Shown: one piece after another, positions 36,268 to 46,422 of the stretch
Layout: each line of letters opens with the position of its first letter
How positions within the stretch are numbered: the first letter of the stretch is position 1
DNA from: Paracoccaceae bacterium
GTDB lineage: Bacteria; Pseudomonadota; Alphaproteobacteria; Rhodobacterales; Rhodobacteraceae
Length of the DNA stretch: 64,000 bases
Assembly: GCA_016936395.1 (NCBI GenBank)
Contig: JAFGXY010000042.1
Span: forward strand, 13,001-77,000
Direction: 5' to 3'
Notes under the pieces: generated by a model
The model's input: the letters and a program-made list of their open reading frames with translations, nothing else
The model's database searches: none
Told to the model about the DNA's origin: nothing
Made by a program: the position numbers and the translations under genes

Positions 36268-37299
36268 TTGGCCAAGCCGCCTTTTTCCGATCCACGCCGC
36301 ACCCTGACGCTGCGTGACGTTTCCGAGGCATCGGGCGTAAGTGAAATGACCGTCAGCCGGGTGTTGCGTCAGCGCGGCGATGTCTCGGCCCCCACCCGCC
36401 TGCGGGTGCTGGAAGCGGCGCGCAGGCTGGGATACGTGCCCAACAAGATCGCCGGGGCGCTGGCCAGCCAGCGGGTCAATCTGGTGGGCGTGATCATCCC
36501 GTCCCTGTCGAACATGGTCTTTCCCGATGTGCTGGCCGGGGTGTCAGGCACGCTGGACGATACCGGCCTGCAACCGATGGTGGGGGTTACCAATTACAGC
36601 CCCGACCGGGAAGAGCGGGTGCTGTATGAAATGCTGAGTTGGCGGCCTTCGGGCGTCATTCTGGCCGGTCTCGAGCACACTGCCGCCAGCCATGCAATGC
36701 TGGCGCAGGCCGGTATTCCCGTGGTCGAGATCATGGACATCGACGGCACGCCGATCGACAGCGCGGTGGGTATTTCGCACCGGCGCGCGGGTCGGCAGAT
36801 GGCCGAGGCGATTGTCACGGCAGGCTATCGCCGCATCGCCTTTCTGGGCACGCAGATGCCCGATGACCACCGCGCCAGAAAGCGGCTTGCCGGGTTTGAA
36901 GAGGCTTTGGCGCGGGCCGGGCTGGGGCTGGTGGACCGCGAGCTTTATTGCGGCGGATCGGCCTTGCTGAAGGGCCGCGAGATGACCCAAGCTGTGCTGA
37001 CTCGCACCCCGGATGTCGATTTCCTGTATTACTCCAATGACATGATCGGGGCGGGCGGGCTTTTGTATTGCCTTGAGCAGGGTATGGATGTGCCCGGCAG
37101 GCTGGGCCTTGCCGGTTTCAACGGGGTCGATTTGCTGGTCGGCCTGCCCCGTCGCCTTGCCACGATGGATGCCTGCCGGTCCGAGATTGGCCGGGTGGCA
37201 GCAGAAATCGTGGCAGGCAAGCGCGAAGGTGGCGCGGCGGGTCAGATCATTGAACTGACCCCGACGTTGCAACCCGGCGACACCATTCGCACCGCATGA
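36268..37299 (+). CDS. LacI family transcriptional regulator
   Basis: 343 aa with the HTH TLRDVSEASGVSEMTVSRVLRQRG and a periplasmic-binding-fold effector domain. TTG start with GAGGG 9 nt upstream. Confidence 0.87.
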   Translation: MAKPPFSDPRRTLTLRDVSEASGVSEMTVSRVLRQRGDVSAPTRLRVLEAARRLGYVPNKIAGALASQRVNLVGVIIPSLSNMVFPDVLAGVSGTLDDTGLQPMVGVTNYSPDREERVLYEMLSWRPSGVILAGLEHTAASHAMLAQAGIPVVEIMDIDGTPIDSAVGISHRRAGRQMAEAIVTAGYRRIAFLGTQMPDDHRARKRLAGFEEALARAGLGLVDRELYCGGSALLKGREMTQAVLTRTPDVDFLYYSNDMIGAGGLLYCLEQGMDVPGRLGLAGFNGVDLLVGLPRRLATMDACRSEIGRVAAEIVAGKREGGAAGQIIELTPTLQPGDTIRTA

Positions 37300-37920
37300 T
37301 CACCCGATCAGCACCAAGCGCTTGATTGCCGCCACATGGTCGGGCGCAGCGCTCAGCGCATCAGCGGCAAGGGCCTGCGCGTCTTGCAGCAGGGTTTCGG
37401 GCGGGCTGATCCGGTCGATCAGGCCCCAGTCCAACGCCTCGGCCGCCGTGATCCGCGCGCCGGCCATCAAGATCATCTTGGCACGCGCCGGACCGATCAG
37501 CGCCGCCAACCGCCGTGGGTCGGAAGGCTGTGGCAGAAAGCCAAGTTTCATCACCGGATAGAAAAGCTTGGCCGAGGGCACCGCCAGACGCAGATCGCAG
37601 GCCAGCACCATGCCCATGGCCCCACCGGCCAAAGTGCCGTTCAGCGCCGCAATCGTCAGGCAGGGCAGCCCGGCAATCCGCGCCGAAAGCCGTTCCCAGA
37701 CCGGGTCGGTGGCCAGCCCGGCGCGGGCCTCGTCCAGATCGGCACCGGCGGAAAACACCTGCCCCGCACCAGTCAGGATTACTGCACCCACGCCTTGCGT
37801 ATCGGCCTGCGCCAGTGCGGCATCGGCCTGTTCCAGAATCAGGCGCGTCAGGGAATTGGCCTTTTCGGGGCGGTTCAGGGTCAGGGTCAGCAGGCGGCCT
37901 GCAAGGCTGACGGTGATCAT
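37300..37920 (-). CDS. enoyl-CoA hydratase/isomerase (crotonase) family protein
   Basis: 206 aa with LTLNRPEKANSL and ILTGAGQVFSAGADL motifs. Confidence 0.85.
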   Translation of the reverse strand: MITVSLAGRLLTLTLNRPEKANSLTRLILEQADAALAQADTQGVGAVILTGAGQVFSAGADLDEARAGLATDPVWERLSARIAGLPCLTIAALNGTLAGGAMGMVLACDLRLAVPSAKLFYPVMKLGFLPQPSDPRRLAALIGPARAKMILMAGARITAAEALDWGLIDRISPPETLLQDAQALAADALSAAPDHVAAIKRLVLIG

Positions 37921-38663
37921 TGCAGCACCCCGATGGCGCGGCGCCCCTCGGCATCACGCAGGCTTAGCTCTTTGCCCAACCACGCATCGCCCCCCGGCCC
38001 GCACATCCACAGCAGGCATTTGGCGGGCCAGTCGGCGGGGATATGTGCGCCCGGAGGCAGGGCTGCCACCGGGTTGATGCCGCTGGCCTTGATCTTTGCC
38101 TGCATGTCGGTGGCGACGGTGCCCGGCGACAGCCCCATGATGCGCAAACCGTTCGGCCCTTCCTCCAGATGGGCGACGCGGGTCAGCATCGCCGCGCCGG
38201 CCTTGGCGGCACAATAGCTGCTCCAGCCTTCCAGCGCGTTGCTGGCGGCACCCGAGCTGACGGTGATGATGGTGCCGCGGCCCGCGGCCTTCATCAGCGG
38301 TATCGCCGCACGCATGCCATGCAGCACACCGTTCAGATTGATATCGACGGCATGGCCCCAGGCGGCGGGGTCAACCTGCTCGATCCGGGCGATCGGGTCG
38401 ATCACGCCGGCGTTGTTGATCAGCGCATCCAACCGCCCCCAGCGCGCGTGCACCGCCTGCACCGCGGCCTGCACGCTGGCCCAATCGGCCACATCACAGG
38501 GCTGCACCATGGCGGCCTCGCCTATGTCTGCGGCAAGTTCGGTCATCTGGTCCAGGCTGCGCGCCAGCATCGCCACGCGCCACCCCGCCCGTGCAAACTC
38601 ACGCACGGCCGCCGCGCCGATGCCCCGGCTTGCGCCGGTGATTGCCACCACTTTGCTGTCCAT
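37917..38663 (-). CDS. SDR family oxidoreductase
   Basis: 248 aa with ITGASRGIGAA (TGxxxGxG) and catalytic YCAAK. It overlaps the downstream gene by 4 nt. Confidence 0.9.
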   Translation of the reverse strand: MDSKVVAITGASRGIGAAAVREFARAGWRVAMLARSLDQMTELAADIGEAAMVQPCDVADWASVQAAVQAVHARWGRLDALINNAGVIDPIARIEQVDPAAWGHAVDINLNGVLHGMRAAIPLMKAAGRGTIITVSSGAASNALEGWSSYCAAKAGAAMLTRVAHLEEGPNGLRIMGLSPGTVATDMQAKIKASGINPVAALPPGAHIPADWPAKCLLWMCGPGGDAWLGKELSLRDAEGRRAIGVLQ

Positions 38664-38789
38664 TCCGCGCCCTTTCGCTGGTCTGACAAAAACCAGTTAT
38701 CCCACGGCCACCCGGTTCGGAAAGCCTTGACCGACCCGCAATCGGATAGGACACTGTCGCGAACCCTCTATTTTTGTGAAAGGTGCATT

Positions 38790-40289
38790 ATGAACCGGTT
38801 TTCCGTCGCGGCATTGTCCGCCTGTTTTACGGTGCTGATCGCTGCCCAGACACAGGCGCAGGTGACCCCCGAAGAGGTGTGGCAGGGCTGGCAGAAAATG
38901 GGAGCGACCTATGGTCAGGCGCTGACGGCCGACAGCGTGACCCGTCAGGGCGACACGCTGGTGGTCAGTGGCATGCAGGTCAGCATGGATCAGGACGGCG
39001 CCAAGATCAGCGGCACGCTGGACGAGGTGCGGTTTCGCGACCTGGGCGATGGCACCGTCGAGGTGACGATGTCGGAAACCTATCCGCTTGCCATGACCAT
39101 GCCGGGCGAAGACGGGGCAACCGAAGAGCTGGCGATCACCATCAGCCAACCGGGTATCAGAATGATCGCGGGCGGAAGTGCAACGCACACCGCCTATACC
39201 ATCGTCGCGCCCAACACGAGCCTAGCCATGCAGGCCGGGCGCAACGGCGAAAAGCTGGCCGATATCAACGCAACCTTCAGCAATGTGAACGGCACCTATA
39301 ATCTGGCGCAAAACGGCGGCAAAAGCACACTGGACAGCGACGTGACCATCGAAGGCGTCGCCTTCACTGCCACCGGCAAAAGCGATGGCCAGCCTTTTGA
39401 CATGGCGGGCACGATGGCTGCGCTAAAGGTCTCCACCGCGGGCGATTTCCTGGGTGCCGCGGCGATGGAAAACGTGGCCCAAGCCCTGCGTGACGGGTTC
39501 AGCACGACGCTGGATTTTTCCTATGGGGCCGGTGATTTCCGGTTCAATGCCAGCGATGATCAGGGACGGCCGGTCAAGGTGGCGGCGACAAACCAGACCG
39601 GCACCCTGCTGTTCCGTTTGGCAGGCGACAGCCTGACCTACAACGCCGGTGGCACCGGGGTGGTAATGACGGTTTCGGGCGGCGAGATTCCCTTCCCCGA
39701 GTTGAAGATCAGCTATGCCGAGGCGGGATTTGACCTGACGATGCCGGTGCTGAGGACGCTTGCGCCGACACCCTTTGCCTTTGGCACCCGGATTGTCGAT
39801 CTGACCGTGTCGGATGAGATCTGGGGCATGTTCGACCCCACTGTCGCCCTGCCGCGCGACCCGGCAACGCTGATCATCGCAAGCAAGGGCACGGCCACGC
39901 TGAAGCAAGACATCGTTGACGCCGAGGCGATGGAGGCCGCCGGGACTGCACCGGCCGGGGAAATCAACAGCCTTGATCTGACCAGCCTTGTCCTGCGGGT
40001 CGCTGGTGCCGCAGTCACAGGCGCGGGGTCGGTGACATTCGACAACACCGATCTGGTCACCTTTGACGGTCTGCCCGCCCCGACCGGAACGGTTGATGTG
40101 ACGATGACCGGGGCGAATGGCCTGATCGACAAGCTGGTAAGCATGGGTCTGATCCCTGACCAAGAGGTCATGGGCCTGCGCATGATGCTGGCCATGTTCG
40201 CCAAGCCGGGTGAGGGGCCAGACGTTCTGACCTCGCAGGTCGAGTTCAAGGACAAGGGGCTTTTCGTGAACGGAACCCGCCTGAAGTAA
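38790..40289 (+). CDS. DUF2125-like periplasmic protein
   Basis: Track ORF 38043..40289 trimmed to MNRFSVAALSACFTVLIAAQTQAQ (signal peptide). The upstream 249 codons are antisense to the SDR gene. Confidence 0.75.
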   Translation: MNRFSVAALSACFTVLIAAQTQAQVTPEEVWQGWQKMGATYGQALTADSVTRQGDTLVVSGMQVSMDQDGAKISGTLDEVRFRDLGDGTVEVTMSETYPLAMTMPGEDGATEELAITISQPGIRMIAGGSATHTAYTIVAPNTSLAMQAGRNGEKLADINATFSNVNGTYNLAQNGGKSTLDSDVTIEGVAFTATGKSDGQPFDMAGTMAALKVSTAGDFLGAAAMENVAQALRDGFSTTLDFSYGAGDFRFNASDDQGRPVKVAATNQTGTLLFRLAGDSLTYNAGGTGVVMTVSGGEIPFPELKISYAEAGFDLTMPVLRTLAPTPFAFGTRIVDLTVSDEIWGMFDPTVALPRDPATLIIASKGTATLKQDIVDAEAMEAAGTAPAGEINSLDLTSLVLRVAGAAVTGAGSVTFDNTDLVTFDGLPAPTGTVDVTMTGANGLIDKLVSMGLIPDQEVMGLRMMLAMFAKPGEGPDVLTSQVEFKDKGLFVNGTRLK

Positions 40290-40318
40290 CCCGATCTGCC
40301 AAGCCCGTCGGCCCCTTC

Positions 40319-40356
40319 AAGGCCCCCGCCGCAAGCGGGGGCCTTTGTCTTGTCTT
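40319..40356 (+). terminator. rho-independent terminator
   Basis: AAGGCCCCCGC-cgcaa-GCGGGGGCCTT is an 11-bp stem followed by TGTCTTGTCTT. It starts 30 nt after the stop at 40289. Confidence 0.75.
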
Positions 40357-40409
40357 GCAGGCTGCGCCATGTCGGACTACCTCGGTGCAGACACAGCAAG
40401 GAAATTCCC

Positions 40410-41750
40410 ATGACCGACCTTTCGCGCCTGACCGATGCCCTGCTTGCCGCCGCGCGCCGCGCCGGGGCGGACGCGGCCGATGCCTTGGCCATGCACGGCA
40501 CCTCGGTTTCGATCGACATTCGCGCCGGGGCGCTGGAGCAGGCGGAACGGTCGGAAGGCGCAGAGATCGGGCTGCGGGTGCTGATCGGCGGGCGGCAGGC
40601 CTGTGTATCGGCGTCAGATACATCGGATGCCACGATCCAGCGCCTTGCCGAACGGGCGGTGGCGATGGCGACAGAGGCCCCCGCAGACCCCCATGCCGGT
40701 CTGGCCGACCCCGATCAGATTGCGCGCGACTGGGATCTGGCCGCGCTGGAGCTGGCTGACCCCAGCGCTGAGCCCGGTGCCGCCGCGCTGGAAGCTGCCG
40801 CCCGCGCGGTGGAGGAGGCGGCGATGCAGGGCAAGGGCATCTCACAGGTCGAAGCCTCGGCCAGCTATTCACGCCGGGCCTTGCATCTAGCGGCGACCAA
40901 CGGCTTTTCCGGCGGCTATGGCCGCACGTCGCATTCGCTTTCCGCCGTCGCCTTTACCGGGGAAGGCACCGCGATGGAGCGGGACTGGGCTGCCGAAGGC
41001 CGCATCTTTGCCGCCGACATGCCGGGTGCAGAAGGCATTGGCGCGCTTGCCGCCGAACGGGCGTTGCAGCGCGCGGGTGCGGTGAAACCCCGGACCGGCA
41101 CCTATCCGGTGCTGTTTGACGAACGGGTGGCGTCCAGCCTGATCGGGCATCTGACCTCGGCCATCAACGGCGCGGCCATCGCGCGCGGGGCGTCATGGTT
41201 GCGCGATGCTCTGGGCACGCAGGTCTTGCCCGCGCATCTGTCGGTGATCGAAGACCCGCACCGCCCCCGCATCAGTGCCAGCCGGCCGTTTGATGGCGAG
41301 GGGTTGCCCACCCACCGCCGGATGATCGTGGAAAATGGCATCCTGACCGGCTGGACGCTGGACCTTGCCACCGGGCGCAAGCTGGGGATGCCCTCCACCG
41401 CCAATGCCTCACGCGGGACATCGGCTCCGCCTTCGCCTTCGGTGTCGAACATCGACCTGACACCGGGAGAATATTCCCGCGCCGACCTGATCGCCCAGAT
41501 GGGCACCGGACTGCTGGTCACCTCGATGATCGGGTCCACCATCAACCCGACCACGGGCGATTATTCACGCGGCGCATCTGGCTTCTGGGTCGAGAATGGT
41601 CAGATCATGTATCCGGTCAACGAATGCACCATCGCGGGCAATCTGCGCGACATGCTGCTGCGGATCATCCCGGCCAATGACGCGCGGGCGCATCTGTCCA
41701 CCCGGGTGCCGTCGGTCCTGATTGATGGGATGACCCTTGCCGGGGCCTGA
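40410..41750 (+). CDS. pmbA: TldD/PmbA family metalloprotease (PmbA-type)
   Basis: Trimmed to MTDLSRLTDALLAAARRAGADAAD... It contains the C-terminal GDYSRGASGFWVENGQI segment typical of the family. An AAGGAAA RBS lies upstream. Confidence 0.85.
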   Translation: MTDLSRLTDALLAAARRAGADAADALAMHGTSVSIDIRAGALEQAERSEGAEIGLRVLIGGRQACVSASDTSDATIQRLAERAVAMATEAPADPHAGLADPDQIARDWDLAALELADPSAEPGAAALEAAARAVEEAAMQGKGISQVEASASYSRRALHLAATNGFSGGYGRTSHSLSAVAFTGEGTAMERDWAAEGRIFAADMPGAEGIGALAAERALQRAGAVKPRTGTYPVLFDERVASSLIGHLTSAINGAAIARGASWLRDALGTQVLPAHLSVIEDPHRPRISASRPFDGEGLPTHRRMIVENGILTGWTLDLATGRKLGMPSTANASRGTSAPPSPSVSNIDLTPGEYSRADLIAQMGTGLLVTSMIGSTINPTTGDYSRGASGFWVENGQIMYPVNECTIAGNLRDMLLRIIPANDARAHLSTRVPSVLIDGMTLAGA

Positions 41751-42513
41751 TCTTGTCCTGCTGACCGAGGCCGCGCAGCGCGCCAGCGCCATCGCGATGC
41801 GCTTTTGGCGGCATGATGCACAGGTCTGGCACAAGGATCACGATCAGGGCCCGCTGACCGAGGCCGATCTGGCGGTGAATGACCTGCTGAAGGCCATGCT
41901 GCTGGGCGCGCGTCCCGACTATGGCTGGCTGTCCGAGGAAAGCCCGGACGACCCTGCCCGGTTGCAGGCGGATCGCGTGTTCATCATCGACCCGATCGAC
42001 GGCACCCGTGCCTTCATCGCCGGGGAAGACAATTTCGCGGTGTCGATAGCGGTGGCCGAAGCCGGGCGGATTGTTGCGGCCGTGGTGACGCTGCCCGCCA
42101 AGAACCGGCTTTATTCCGGTGAAACCGGCGGCATGGCGCGCTGCAACGGCCTGCCGATCCGGACCAGCGCGCGGGATGATCTGACCGGGGCTGACATTCT
42201 GGCCACCAAAAGCAACATGGAAGCAAGCCACTGGCCAGGCGGCGTGCCCGACCTGAAGCGCAGTTTCCGCACCTCGCTGGCCTATCGCATGTGTCTGGCC
42301 GCCGAGGGGCGCCATGATGGCATGATCAGCTTTCGCGACACCTGGGAATGGGACATCGCCGCCGGGGCGCTGATCTGCGAATGTGCCGGGGCGCGGGTGA
42401 CCGACCGGCACGGCGCTGCGATCCGGTTCAACAGCCCACATGCAAAAGCGCCGGGGGTGATTGCCACCAACCCGGCGCTTCATGGCGCAATCCTGTCGCG
42501 CCTTGGCGCTTAG
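41737..42513 (+). CDS. inositol monophosphatase / CysQ-type 3'(2'),5'-bisphosphate nucleotidase family
   Basis: 258 aa with WLSEES and IIDPIDGTRAF metal-binding motifs and WEWDIAAG. TTG start overlapping the end of pmbA by 14 nt. Confidence 0.85.
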   Translation: MPGPDLVLLTEAAQRASAIAMRFWRHDAQVWHKDHDQGPLTEADLAVNDLLKAMLLGARPDYGWLSEESPDDPARLQADRVFIIDPIDGTRAFIAGEDNFAVSIAVAEAGRIVAAVVTLPAKNRLYSGETGGMARCNGLPIRTSARDDLTGADILATKSNMEASHWPGGVPDLKRSFRTSLAYRMCLAAEGRHDGMISFRDTWEWDIAAGALICECAGARVTDRHGAAIRFNSPHAKAPGVIATNPALHGAILSRLGA

Positions 42514-44852
42514 CGCTTGGCACCTTTCGGCGGCACAAACCGCTTGGAGGTGTCCTTGGCATCGGCACGCGGGCGGGCCGGGGCATCGGTCTTGCGGGCA
42601 TAGGGCTTCTTGCCATCGGTCGGCGCAGACTTGAAACCGCCAGCCTTGGGCGCAGGCTTGCCCTCACGTTTCACATAAGGCCGCGCCTCGTCGCCCTTGG
42701 GGGCATAGGTGCGCTTCTCGGCACGGTCGCCTTCGGCCTTCGGCTTGAAGCCGGTGCCTTCGGCGGCATGGCTTTTGAAGCCGGTCGAGCGGGCCGGTTT
42801 GTCGGCGCTGCCGCCATGCGACTTGAAGCCCGCCGATTTGAACTTGGCCCCAGCTGCCGGACGGTCATCGGCCTTCCAGCGCGGCTTGGCCGCGTCGCCT
42901 TCGGCGGCACGCGGGGCATAGGGCTTGCGCTCGGCATCGTCGCGCTTGGCATAGGGCGTGCGTGCAGCGCCTTCGCGGGGGGCGTAGGGCTTGCGCTCGG
43001 CACCGTCGCGGGGCGCATAGGGTTTGCGTTCAGCGGCTTCACGCGCCGCATAGGGTTTGCGGGCCGGGGCTTCGCGCGGGGCGTCGGCTGGGCTTTCGAC
43101 ATCGTCGCGCGGCGGGTAGGCCTTGCGGACAGGGGCAGCCGCGACGATCGCTTCATCCTCGACAATGCGCGACGGCTTGGGCGTGTAGGCGGGCCGATCT
43201 TCACGCACCGGGCGGGCTGCACGGGCGGGTGCGCGTTCCGATGTGCGTTCGGGCCGGTCAAGGCTGGGCTCGCCTTCGATACGCTGCATCAGCAGACCGG
43301 GTTCCAGTTCCAGTTGCGCCCCAAAGCGGCCCGCCAGCGGTTCGGCAATCTGCACAAAGGTCACATCTTCCTTGACCCGGATCGCGCCGATGCCATCCTT
43401 GGAAATTCCGGCACCATCACAGATTTTCGGCAAGATCCAGCGCGCCTCGGCCCGGCCCGAATGGCCGACCGTCAGGCTGAACCAGACCGAAGGCCCGAAC
43501 TCGCCCCGTTCGCGCGGGGCAGAGGCGGGTGGTGGCGCCAGGCTGTCGGACAAAACCTCGGGGGCCGAGCGGCCTTGGCGCCACAACCGGATAAAGGCAG
43601 CCGCAACCTGCTGCGCACCAAAGCGCTCGATCAGCGTGCCGACCATGGCCGCCTCATCGCCCACAGCCTCGGCCAAGGCCGGATGCTCCAGAATACGCTG
43701 GTCATCCTTGGCCTGCACCTCGTCGGCGCTGGGGGCCTTGACCCATTCGGCCACAACCTTGGCCCCGGCCAGCAACCGCTGGGCCTTTTTCGCCTCGGCC
43801 GGTGGCACGATCAGGGCAGACACGCCCTTGTTGCCAGCCCGGCCGGTGCGGCCTGACCGGTGCAGCAGGGTTTCCGAATTTGACGGCAGGTCAGCGTGGA
43901 TCACCAGCTCCAGCCCCGGCAGGTCAATGCCGCGCGCCGCCACATCGGTGGCAATGCAGACCCGCGCCCGGCCATCGCGCAGCGATTGCAGCGCATGGGT
44001 GCGTTCCTGCTGCGACAATTCCCCCGACAGCGCCACGACCTGAAAGCCGCGGTTGCTCATCCGGGCCATCAGATGGTTGACGTTCATCCGGGTCTTGCAG
44101 AACACGATCGCAGTCGGCGCATCGTAATAGCGCAACGCGTTGAAAATCGCATGCTCACGGTCGCGCGCCGCCACCGACATGGCGCGATACTGGATGTCAG
44201 CATGCTGCTTGGTTTCGCCCTTGGCGATGATCCGCATGGCATCACGCTGAAAGGTGCGGGCCAGCGTTTCGATCTCTTTCGGCACGGTGGCCGAAAACAT
44301 CAGCGTGCGGCGGTCTTTCGGCGCAGCACCCAGAATGAACTCCAGATCCTCGGCAAAGCCCAGATCCAGCATCTCATCGGCCTCGTCCAGCACCACGGCG
44401 CGGGCAAATGACAGGTCCAGTGACCCGCGTTCGATATGGTCGCGCAAGCGGCCCGGCGTGCCGACAACGATGTGCGCGCCCCGGTCCAGCGCGCGCTTTT
44501 CGGTGCGATAGTCCATGCCGCCGACGCAAGACGCAATCTGCGCGCCCGCAACGCCATACAGCCATTCCAACTCGCGGTGCACCTGCAACGCCAGTTCGCG
44601 CGTCGGTGCCACCACCAGCGCAATCGGCATGTCGGCATAAAGCAGACGGTCCGACCCGGCAAGGATTTCGGGCGCGATCGCCAGACCAAAGGCCACGGTC
44701 TTGCCCGACCCGGTCTGCGCCGACACCAGCAGGTCGCGGCCTTCGACGCCCTCGGCGATCACAGCCAATTGCACGGCGGTCAGGGCTTCATAGCCCTTAG
44801 CTGCCAAAGCCTGCGCCAGCGGCGCGGCCACGTTGAATTCGTTCATATCCAT
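42510..44852 (-). CDS. DEAD-box ATP-dependent RNA helicase with DbpA-like domain and long basic repeat tail
   Basis: Carries AQTGSGKT, DEAD (VLDEADEMLD), SAT and HRSGRTGRAG motifs. The start is ambiguous among ATG 44873, 44852 and 44846. The C-terminal roughly 250 aa are low-complexity K/R/P/A-rich. Confidence 0.92.
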   Translation of the reverse strand: MDMNEFNVAAPLAQALAAKGYEALTAVQLAVIAEGVEGRDLLVSAQTGSGKTVAFGLAIAPEILAGSDRLLYADMPIALVVAPTRELALQVHRELEWLYGVAGAQIASCVGGMDYRTEKRALDRGAHIVVGTPGRLRDHIERGSLDLSFARAVVLDEADEMLDLGFAEDLEFILGAAPKDRRTLMFSATVPKEIETLARTFQRDAMRIIAKGETKQHADIQYRAMSVAARDREHAIFNALRYYDAPTAIVFCKTRMNVNHLMARMSNRGFQVVALSGELSQQERTHALQSLRDGRARVCIATDVAARGIDLPGLELVIHADLPSNSETLLHRSGRTGRAGNKGVSALIVPPAEAKKAQRLLAGAKVVAEWVKAPSADEVQAKDDQRILEHPALAEAVGDEAAMVGTLIERFGAQQVAAAFIRLWRQGRSAPEVLSDSLAPPPASAPRERGEFGPSVWFSLTVGHSGRAEARWILPKICDGAGISKDGIGAIRVKEDVTFVQIAEPLAGRFGAQLELEPGLLMQRIEGEPSLDRPERTSERAPARAARPVREDRPAYTPKPSRIVEDEAIVAAAPVRKAYPPRDDVESPADAPREAPARKPYAAREAAERKPYAPRDGAERKPYAPREGAARTPYAKRDDAERKPYAPRAAEGDAAKPRWKADDRPAAGAKFKSAGFKSHGGSADKPARSTGFKSHAAEGTGFKPKAEGDRAEKRTYAPKGDEARPYVKREGKPAPKAGGFKSAPTDGKKPYARKTDAPARPRADAKDTSKRFVPPKGAKR
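42909..43073 (-). repeat. 5 x 33-nt in-frame tandem repeat within the helicase tail
   Basis: (A/G)TAGGG recurs at 42918, 42951, 42984, 43017 and 43050, exactly 33 nt apart. It encodes five 11-aa units of the form [D/E]-x-A-E-R-K-P-Y-A-P-R. Confidence 0.85.
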
Positions 44853-45123
44853 GTCCAAAAGGGGGGTGCCCATGCACCCGTGAAGCCCTGTGCGGCGCCT
44901 TCTTTCCCTTTTGGCTGCGGGGCCTCCTCGCCCGGCATGCCCCCGGAATCCTCGGGCCGACGAATGGCCAATAGCCCAATCGCCGCCACTTGTATAGCGA
45001 AAGCTGACCGGCCACCGCTTTACGTCTTGCAAACGTCACGTTCCAATTGCGTGAATATGGCGCTTGACGGTTGCCAGAACCGGCCCTGACGGCTGACTGT
45101 CCTTGCAGCACAAGGGACATGGA

Positions 45124-46422
45124 ATGACCGCAACCCACGTCAAACGCAGCATCCCCGACAGCACACAGGCAACCGACCTGTCCGCCACAGTGGCCGCCAT
45201 GCTGGCCGAGCTTGAGGCAGGCGGCGAGGCTGTGGCGCGACGGATGGCCCGCGATCTGGACAAATACGAAGGTGACATCGTCCTGTCTGCCGACACCATC
45301 GCGGCAGCTTGCGCCCGCGTGCCGCAAGCCCTGCGCGATGATATCGACTATGCCCATGAAAACATTTCCCGTTTTGCCCAGGCCCAGCGCGACAGCCTGC
45401 ACGAAACCCAGGTCGAGTTGCGCCCCGGCCTGACGGTTGGCCAACGGCTGATTCCGGTGCAATCGGCGGGCTGCTATGTGCCGGGCGGGCGCTACAGCCA
45501 CATCGCCAGCGCGCTGATGACCGCCACCACAGCCCGTGTCGCCGGGGTGCCGCATGTCACCGCCGTCTCGCCGCCGCGGATCGGCGCCGCCGCAGGTGTG
45601 CCCGATGCGATCGTCTACACGCTGCATTTGTGCGGCGCCGACCGTATTCTGGCACTTGGCGGCGTGCAGGGGATTGCCGCCATGGCCTTCGGCATGTTCG
45701 GCCTGCCGCGCGCCGACATGCTTGTCGGCCCCGGAAACCCGTTCGTTGCCGAGGCCAAGCGCCAGCTCTTTGGCCGCGTCGGCATCGACATGGTGGCAGG
45801 CCCGACCGATTCCCTGATCATCGCCGACGCCACCGCCGACCCGCTGACCGTCGCCTGGGATCTGATCGGTCAGGCCGAACATGGCGCCAATTCGCCGGTC
45901 TGGCTGGTGACGGATTGTCCCTGTCTCGCCGTCGAAGTCACCCGCCTTGCCCCGCTTTGCGCAGCCGAGTTGCCGCAACCCAACCGCCATGCCGCCGAAA
46001 CCGCCTGGGCCACCCTTGCCGAGATCATCCTGTGCGACAGCCGCGAAGACATGGCGCAACGCGCCGACCTGATCGCCCCCGAACATCTGCATGTGCAGGC
46101 CGCTGATCTTGACTGGTGGAAGGCACGGCTCACCAGTTACGGCTCGCTGTTTCTGGGGGCCCAGACCACGGTGGCCTTTGGTGACAAGGCCTCGGGCAGC
46201 AACCACGTCCTGCCCACCTCGGGTGCTGCCCGCTATACCGGGGGCCTGTCGGTCCACAAGTTCCTGAAAATCGTCACCTGGCAACAGGTCACAGCACAGG
46301 CCCTGCCCCGCCTCGCTGCCGTCACCGCCAACATCAGCCGGTTCGAAGGCATGGAAGGCCACGCCCGCACCGCCGACATTCGGCTTGCGAGCCTTGCCAA
46401 ACCCGGCGATTGTCTTCCCTGA
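45124..46422 (+). CDS. histidinol dehydrogenase family protein (paralog; HpsN-like candidate)
   Basis: Trimmed to [15 protein letters not shown]... It contains [42 protein letters not shown] and [29 protein letters not shown]. It is not in a his operon context. Confidence 0.85.
   Translation: MTATHVKRSIPDSTQATDLSATVAAMLAELEAGGEAVARRMARDLDKYEGDIVLSADTIAAACARVPQALRDDIDYAHENISRFAQAQRDSLHETQVELRPGLTVGQRLIPVQSAGCYVPGGRYSHIASALMTATTARVAGVPHVTAVSPPRIGAAAGVPDAIVYTLHLCGADRILALGGVQGIAAMAFGMFGLPRADMLVGPGNPFVAEAKRQLFGRVGIDMVAGPTDSLIIADATADPLTVAWDLIGQAEHGANSPVWLVTDCPCLAVEVTRLAPLCAAELPQPNRHAAETAWATLAEIILCDSREDMAQRADLIAPEHLHVQAADLDWWKARLTSYGSLFLGAQTTVAFGDKASGSNHVLPTSGAARYTGGLSVHKFLKIVTWQQVTAQALPRLAAVTANISRFEGMEGHARTADIRLASLAKPGDCLP

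Noticed and set aside
42909-43073. Regularly spaced 33-nt repeats that could be mistaken for a CRISPR-like or satellite array
   Set aside because: The repeats are contiguous with no spacers. They are in frame within the DEAD-box helicase gene and encode an 11-residue peptide repeat. There are no cas genes in the window.
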